From positions 5,248,001 through 5,312,000 of the forward strand of contig CBDCJO010000002.1 in NCBI GenBank assembly GCA_965217865.1: a stretch of DNA of 64,000 nucleotides, written 5' to 3'. Positions 57,107 through 64,000 of this stretch are shown here, piece after piece; the stretch's first letter is position 1; each line of letters starts with the position of its first letter. Source of the stretch: Candidatus Latescibacterota bacterium (lineage in GTDB: Bacteria; Latescibacterota; UBA2968; SICM01). The position numbers and the translations under genes are program-made. The notes below the pieces were generated by a model that worked only from the letters and a program-made list of their open reading frames with translations, was not told the origin of the DNA and did no database searches.

Positions 57107-60100
57107 ATGATTTCCCCTCTCCACAAAAACCGCCTTCCAACCCAATTCTGGTCTCGCCTGGGTATGCCCATTTTACATTTTTTACTTTTCATTTTCCGGG
57201 GCTGCTTTCGCCCAATCCGGCACCGTTTCCAGCAACCAGAAAATCGCGGCCAACATCGGCGGTTTTCCCCTGGTGGATATTACACTGGCGGATAATGACC
57301 AATTCGGCTTTTCGACAGCGGCTATCGGCGACCTTGACGGCGACGGTGTGGAAGACCTGGCCGTTGGGGCGCGCAACGACGACACCAACGGCACGGACCG
57401 TGGCGCGGTGTATGTGCTGTTGATGAACAGCGACGGGACAATCAAAAGCAACCAGAAGATTGCTGACAACACGGGCGGCTTCAGCGTCACCCTCACCGAT
57501 AGTGACGGATTTGGCAACTCGGTAGCGCCTGTGGGGGATCTGGACAACGACGGTGTGGAAGACCTGGCCGTGGGGGCACGCTTTGACGACACAGGCGGCA
57601 CGGATCGCGGGGCAATGTATGTGCTGTTGATGAACAGCAATGGGACAGTGAAGAGCAATCAGACGGCACGGGTCGGGGTGCGGTGTATGTACTGTTTATG
57701 AACACGGACGGCACGGTCGACCACCCGCAAAAGATCAGCGATACGACCGGGGAGCTTTCTGATAGTGACCAACTAGGCTTCGAGATAGCGAGTGTGGGGG
57801 ATCTGGACAACGACGGTGTCGAAGACCTTGCTGTGGGGGCGAACCAAGACGACACCAACGGCGCGAATCGCGGTGCGGTTTATGTGCTGTTTATGAACAG
57901 CGACGGCACAGTCTCCAGCAACCAGAAGATCGCGGACAACACGGGCGGCTTTAACGTCACCCTCACTGATGGTGACAGATTCGGCTGGTCGGTCGCTGGC
58001 CTGGGTGACCTGGACAACGACGGTGTGGAAGATCTGGCCGTAGGGGCGTATCACGACGACACGGGGGGCACGGATCGTGGCGCGGTGTATGTGCTGTTCA
58101 TGAACACCGACGGCACGGTCAAAAGCAACCAGAAGGTCGCGGATAACACCGGGGGCTTCAGCGTCACCCTGACGGATAGTGACGAATTCGGCAGCTCGAT
58201 AGGAGATGTGGGGGATCTGGACAACGACGGTGTGGAAGACATGGCAGTAGGGGCGAACCCTCGACGACACGGGCGGCGCGGAACGCGGTGCGGTGTATGT
58301 GCTGTTGATGAACAGCAACGGCACGGTCAAGAGCAACCAGAAGATCGCGGACAACACGGGGGGCTTCAACGTCACCCTGACGAATGATGACCGATTCGGC
58401 TTCTCGGTAGCTGGCTTAGGGGATTTGGACGGCGACAGTGTGGAAGACATGGCCGTGGGGGCGATCTTCGACGACACCGGTGGTGCGGATAGTGGCGCGG
58501 TGTATGTGCTGTTGATGAACAGCGATGGCACGGTCAAAAGCAACCAGAAGATCGCGGACAACACGGGGGGCTTCAACGTCACCCTCACGGATAGTGACCA
58601 ATTCAGCTCAGTAGCGGGTATGGGAGATATAGACAACGACGGTGTGGAAGACCTTGTCGTGGGGGCCTACTCAGACAACACCGGCGGCACAAATCGGGGT
58701 GCGGCGTATGTGCTGTTCCTGAACCAGGCGGATTTCGCGGAGGCGGGGAATGTGGCGGGGGTGGACCTGAGCGCAAACGTGGAGTCGGTTTCCTGGGTGG
58801 ACTATGACGGAGATGGAGACCAGGATCTCTACGTGTCCGCCCGGTCGAGTGCCAACAAGCTATATCAGAACAACGGCAGCGGGTCGTTTACCGATGTCGC
58901 GAATGCGCCTGAGAACAGCAGCACGGACGACCTGGGCGCCGCCTGGGGGGACTATGACAACGACGGCGACCTGGACCTGTACATCACCGTGTCCGGGGGC
59001 GGGGGGGCCAATATTTTTTATGAGAACGATGGAGACGGCACGTTCACTGACAAGACGACCGCCTCCGGGTTGACGGACACCGGAGGGGGGCGGACCCCCG
59101 CCTGGGCGGATTACGACGACGATGGAGACCTGGACCTGGCGCTGGCCAACTTCACCGCAGCGACCAGTAAGCTGTTCCGGAACGATGGGAATCTCACCTT
59201 CACGACACTGGGCGGTCCAATCGCGGCGGCCCCTGGCGCCCACGCCGTTACATGGGGGGATTATGACGGTGACGGGGATCTGGATCTGTACATGACGCAC
59301 CACGCGGCCGTCAATTCGCTTTTCCGGAACGACGGGTCGGATACGTTCGTGGAGGATGCGGCCACAGCCGGGGTGGCCGATATCTCCGGGCTGGCCTACG
59401 GCGCTGGGTGGGCGGATTACGACAACGACGGGGACCTGGACCTTGCCGTTGTCAACAGCGGATTCGCGGACCGCCTCTTTACCAACGGAGGAAGCGGAAC
59501 CTTCGCCGAGGTTGCTACCACGGCCGGGCTGGGGGATACCGGTACCGGTCGGGGTATGGCCTGGGCGGACTACGATGGGGACGGCGACATGGACCTCTAC
59601 GTGGCGACCGCGACCGGGGAGACCAACCTGCTTTACAAGAACAACGGCAACACGAACAAGTGGCTGCACGTGAAGCTGACCGGTGTGGCGAACAACAAAT
59701 CTGCGATAGGAACCCTGGTGACGGCCGTGACGAGTTCGACCCGGCAGCAGCGATACGTGGACGGGGGATCGGGGTATCTTTCTCAGCCTTCATTGCCAGT
59801 GGAGTTCGGATTCGGTTCCACGACCACAGTGGATTCATTGATCGTGGACTGGGCGGACGGATTTCATCAATCCCTGACCAGCGTTGCGACCAACCAGGTC
59901 CTTTCGTTGACGGAGACGTTTCCCACCATCACTTCCATCAGTCCCACCTCCGGAAACGTGGGGACTTCCGTCACGATCACCGGGACCAACTTCGATCCCA
60001 CTCCGGCCAACAACACGGTCTTCTTCGACCCCATCGAGGCGACGGTCACCGCGGCCTCAGCGACTTCGCTCACAGTCACCGTCCCTTCGGGCGCGGGCTT

Positions 60101-63100
60101 CGGTCCGATCAGCGTGACGGTAAGCAACCGGACCGCAATTTCCACCGATTTCTTCCTCCCCACTTTTTCGGGCACTTCCCCGACGATAAGCGCCTCGACC
60201 CTGGCTGCCAAAGTCGACTTCACCGCTGGAACCGATCCAACCAGCGTGGCGATAGGTGATCTTGATGGCGATGGTAAACTTGAATTAATCGTCGCAAATA
60301 ATGGCGGGGGCAGCGGAACTACGATGTCGGTGTTTCGCAATACGAGCACATCTGGAACCATTGATGCAAACTCCTTTGCTGCTAAAGTCGACTTCACTAC
60401 AGGAACCGGTCCATACGGCGTAGCGGTTGGTGATCTCGATGGCGATGGTAAACCCGATGTTGTCGTGGCGAATAACATTTCTGCGACCGTGTCGGTGTTT
60501 CGCAATACGAGCACATCAGGAACCGTAAATGCCTCTTCCTTTGCTGCGAAAGTCGACTTCACCGCTGGAGCGGGTCCAATCGGCATGGCGATAGGTGATT
60601 TTGATGGCGATGTCAAACCCGATTTGGCTGTAGCGAATGGGGGTTCAAACACCGTGTCGGTGTTTCATAACACGAGCACATCTGGAACCCTTGATACCAA
60701 TACCTTTGCTGCTAAAGTCGACTTCACCACTGGAGCCGCTCCACAGATCATGGCGTTAGGTGATCTTGATGGCGATGGCAAACCCGATTTGGTCGTGGCC
60801 AACTTTACTTCTGCCACTGTGTCGGTGCTTCATAACACGAGCACATCTGGAACCCTTGATACCAATACCTTTGCTGCTAAAGTCGACTTCACCACTGGAA
60901 CCCAGCCACTGAACGTGGCGTTAGGTGATCTTGATGGCGATGGCAAACCCGATGTCGTCGTGGCCAACTTTGGTTCAACCACCATGTCGGTGCTTCGTAA
61001 CACGAGCACGAGCGGAACCCTTGATGCCTTTTCTTTTGCTGCGAAAATCGACTTCAACACTGGAACCTCTCCATACAGCGTGGTGATAGGTGATCTGGAT
61101 GGCGATGGGAAACCCGATGTGGCGACGGCGGATGGTACAGGCGCATCGGTGTTCCACAATTTAACCTCCACCGTCCCTCCGCCGAGTCCGGTATCGCCGC
61201 CGCTGAACGACATCGATGCGTTGACCACAGCGAACGTGACCGCGACTTTCGACCAGGCCATAAACGCCGGGACTGCGAGCACGTTTGTGGTGCACGGGTC
61301 CTTGACCGGAGAGCGATCCGGGACATATGGAGGAGGGGGGACGACCGTGATCAGCTTCGATCCGGCCGCGGACTTCCATCCGGGAGAAGAGGTGCAGGTT
61401 TCCTTAACTTCGGGGATTCAGACCCCTGGAGGGGAGGCCATTCCGACTTATGTGTGGACGTTTAGAGCCGCGGCCGGAACAGGTGCCGTAGGCTTCTCCG
61501 GACCTTCCATAAACTTCGGAACGGGGAGCGATTTGTCGTATGGTGTAGCTTTAGGAGACGTGGATGGCGATGGGGATCTGGATGTGGCGGTGGGGAACGA
61601 TGGCGAGCAGAACGCGGTGTATTTGAACGATGGGAGCGGGAACTTCACCACATCGAGAAACTTCGGTACCGGAACAGATGCGACGCAAGAGGTCGCGTTG
61701 GGAGATATTGACGGGGATGGGGACCTGGACATCGTCGCGGGGAACGTGCTGGAACAGAATGTGGTTTATTTGAACGATGGGATCGGAAACTTTTCTGCAG
61801 GCAGCAACTTTGGCCCCGGGTCTGATGCTGCGGATGCGGTTGCCCTGGGAGACGTTGACGGTGACGGGGATCTGGATATTGGTGTGGGCGGGGCTTTCGA
61901 TCAAAACGTGGTTTATCTGAACGATGGGACAGGGAGCTTCCCGTCCAGCAGCGACTTCGGTACCGGAACCGACCTTACGGTCGCAACTGCCTTTGCGGAT
62001 GTAGATCTGGATGGGGATCTGGATGTGGCCGCGGGTAACATTGGCGGAGAGCAGAACGTGGTCTATCTGAACGATGCGGCCGGGGTGTTTAGCACCGGGA
62101 GCAGGAACTTCGGCACCGGATCGGATGCAACGAGTTCAATGGTTTTGGGGGACGTGGAGGGGGACGGGGATCTGGACATCGCTGTTGGAAACTCCTCCGA
62201 ACAGAATGTGGTGTATCCGAACGATGGAAGCGGAAACTTCACCACATCCACGAACTTCGGAACGGTGAGTGACGCGACCGAGTCGATTGGATTAGGAGAC
62301 GTTGACAACGACGGCGACCTGGACATCGCGGTCGGGAACGCCTCGCCGAATGTGGTCTATCTGAACCAGCCTGCGATTATCTCGCTCTCCGACTCATCGG
62401 TATCGTTTGGGAGCGTGGAGAAGGGTCAGTCGGCCCAGGATTCGTTCCAAATCCGGAACGATGGGGGGCTGACCTTGACCATATCGGGGCTTTCGGATGA
62501 CTCGGATCAGTTCAGCCTTTCTCCTGTTGTACCTCCGAGCCTCAACATAGCACCCGGGGACAGCACCACGGTTATAGCGACATTTTCACCGACGTCTGTT
62601 GGTACCAAAGCGGGAACGATTACGATTTCCAGCAACGACTCGACCACCCCGACAGAGACGGTATCGCTTTCCGGGTCCGGGCCCGATACCACAGCGCCTG
62701 CGATCCCGACCGGCCTTTCAGCCACAGCCGGGCCGAACCAGGTGTCGCTTTCCTGGACGGCCAACACCGATGCAGACCTTTCTCACTATGTCATCCTGCG
62801 CAGCACGACCGACGGTTTCACGCCGACCCCGGCGGATTCTGTAGGCCGTGCGGACGCCCCTGCGGCAACCTTTACGAATACAGGGTTGACGGAGGGGACC
62901 TTCTATTACAGGATCACCGCGGCCGACAGCATCGGGAATGTAAGCAGCGCATCGGCGCAGGTGTCTGCGACGCTTGTGCCAGCCATAACGCTTCCGGCGG
63001 GTAGTCTGTCTTTTGGGGGTGGACCTGGGGGGAACCTCGCTTTTGGAGCTTTCAATTTCGAACCCGGGCACGGCGGTCCTATCGATTTCGAGCATGACCC

Positions 63101-64000
63101 TTGCCGGGACGGATTCAAGCGAGTTTCAGTTCCAGGCCACGGCTTCTAGCGTGGGAACTGCCCAGACTTCGGCCGTGGGGCTGGCGGTCTTCGCGCCGAC
63201 CTCCGGGGGGAGCAAAGACGCACATATCGTGATCGTTCATAACGCTGTGGGGAGTCCGGACTCGGTTTTTTTGAGCGGAAGCGCCAACGTCCCATCCGCC
63301 CCACAGATCCTTGTGACGGGCTTGAACTTCGGTGACGTTGACCCGGGGAACACCAAGACCTTGACGCTTAACATCACAAATGTGGGTGCGTCCAGTGTGT
63401 CGATCGACTCGATCCGTTTTGATACGGATCTTTTCACGGTCTCTGCCACCGCCTTTGTCCTTGGGGTGGAATCCGGGAGGGAGCTTTCGATCACTTTCTC
63501 CCCCACGACTGCGGGGACGGTCAACGATTCTCTGAGGGTTTTCCACAACGGTTCCGGGGGATTGTTGACCGTCTTTTTGACGGGTCGGGGTGTAGTCCGT
63601 GGGATCTCTCTTTCGGTGGGGTCTCTAGATTTTGCCGACGTGGAGGACGACCTATTTCCTGCAGGTCAACTCGACGGACCGGTCGGGCAACGGCCCGACG
63701 TTCGGTCCGGCTCAGGGTCAGACCATCTCTTTCACCACGGAAGCCGCGCCGGATATGATCGCTCCTGCCCAGGTAGCGAATCTGATCGGTCGGGTAGGAA
63801 GCCGGACCATCTTTTTGAGATGGACTGCAGGCTCAGAACAGGATTTGGAAGGCTACAACCTCTACCGGGCTTCGGGGGAGGATCCGCTCGCGCTGATCGC
63901 CTCGAACCTGGCCGAAGCCAGGTTCATGAATGAAGGGTTGATCGATGAAGTGGTTTACCGATATTCTGTTACGGCATTCGACGGGTCGGGCAACGAAGGT
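57107..64000 (+). pseudogene. Giant secreted FG-GAP/integrin-alpha + CRTAC1/ASPIC-UnbV + IPT/TIG + VCBS-like + Ig + ASH + Fn3 protein, broken by at least 5 lesions; runs off the window
   Basis: GDLDNDGVEDLAVGA..DD..G..RGAVYV repeats; WADYDxDGDLDL; GGSGYLSQ...FG.G; PTITSISP; GDLDGDGKPD. Breaks at ~57195, 57663, 58260, 63016 and 63645. Longest ORF is 58293-63149. Confidence 0.85.

Noticed and set aside
57273-62370. Regularly spaced DNA repeats as a CRISPR array or DGR template/variable repeats
   Set aside because: They are in-frame FG-GAP protein repeats with mostly synonymous variation. There are no unique spacers, cas genes or reverse transcriptase.

Overview
A 64-kb bacterial chromosomal window. 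Secreted proteins with EF-hand/dockerin tails (DFDGxGxVDxxDFFLFAxAFG), cohesin, ASH and FlgD-Ig C-termini suggest a Latescibacterota/Handelsmanbacteria-like FCB organism (inference). Housekeeping and metabolic genes include bioB, fba, pcp, yajQ, HU/IHF, an NhaP-type antiporter, M14/M20 peptidases, a GH4 and a Cld/HemQ-family gene. There is an orphan fliG, four kinase-less receiver proteins, three tandem pentapeptide-repeat genes, a GldA/F/G-like ABC operon and a giant broken FG-GAP surface-protein gene. Three IS elements are present: TnpA-only IS200, IS1182-type, and an IS1595 transporter element with passengers. No rRNA, tRNA or CRISPR array was found. Four signals are absent from the ORF track. 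(1) Several families of REP-palindrome-flanked mini-elements retain only terminal codons of their nuclease/transposase genes (IS200-like TnpA x4, DUF559, RAYT), and some are packaged in MITE-type ends. (2) A receiver-domain module comprises membrane-tailed receivers, a stand-alone 41-aa tail peptide, a D-to-N pseudo-receiver behind bitopic coiled-coil genes, and a shared 39-bp upstream motif. (3) An HNH remnant and two small Cys/His passenger genes lie inside the IS1595 element. (4) Internal deletions and nonsense lesions affect many accessory genes. All family assignments come from motif recognition by eye, not database searches.
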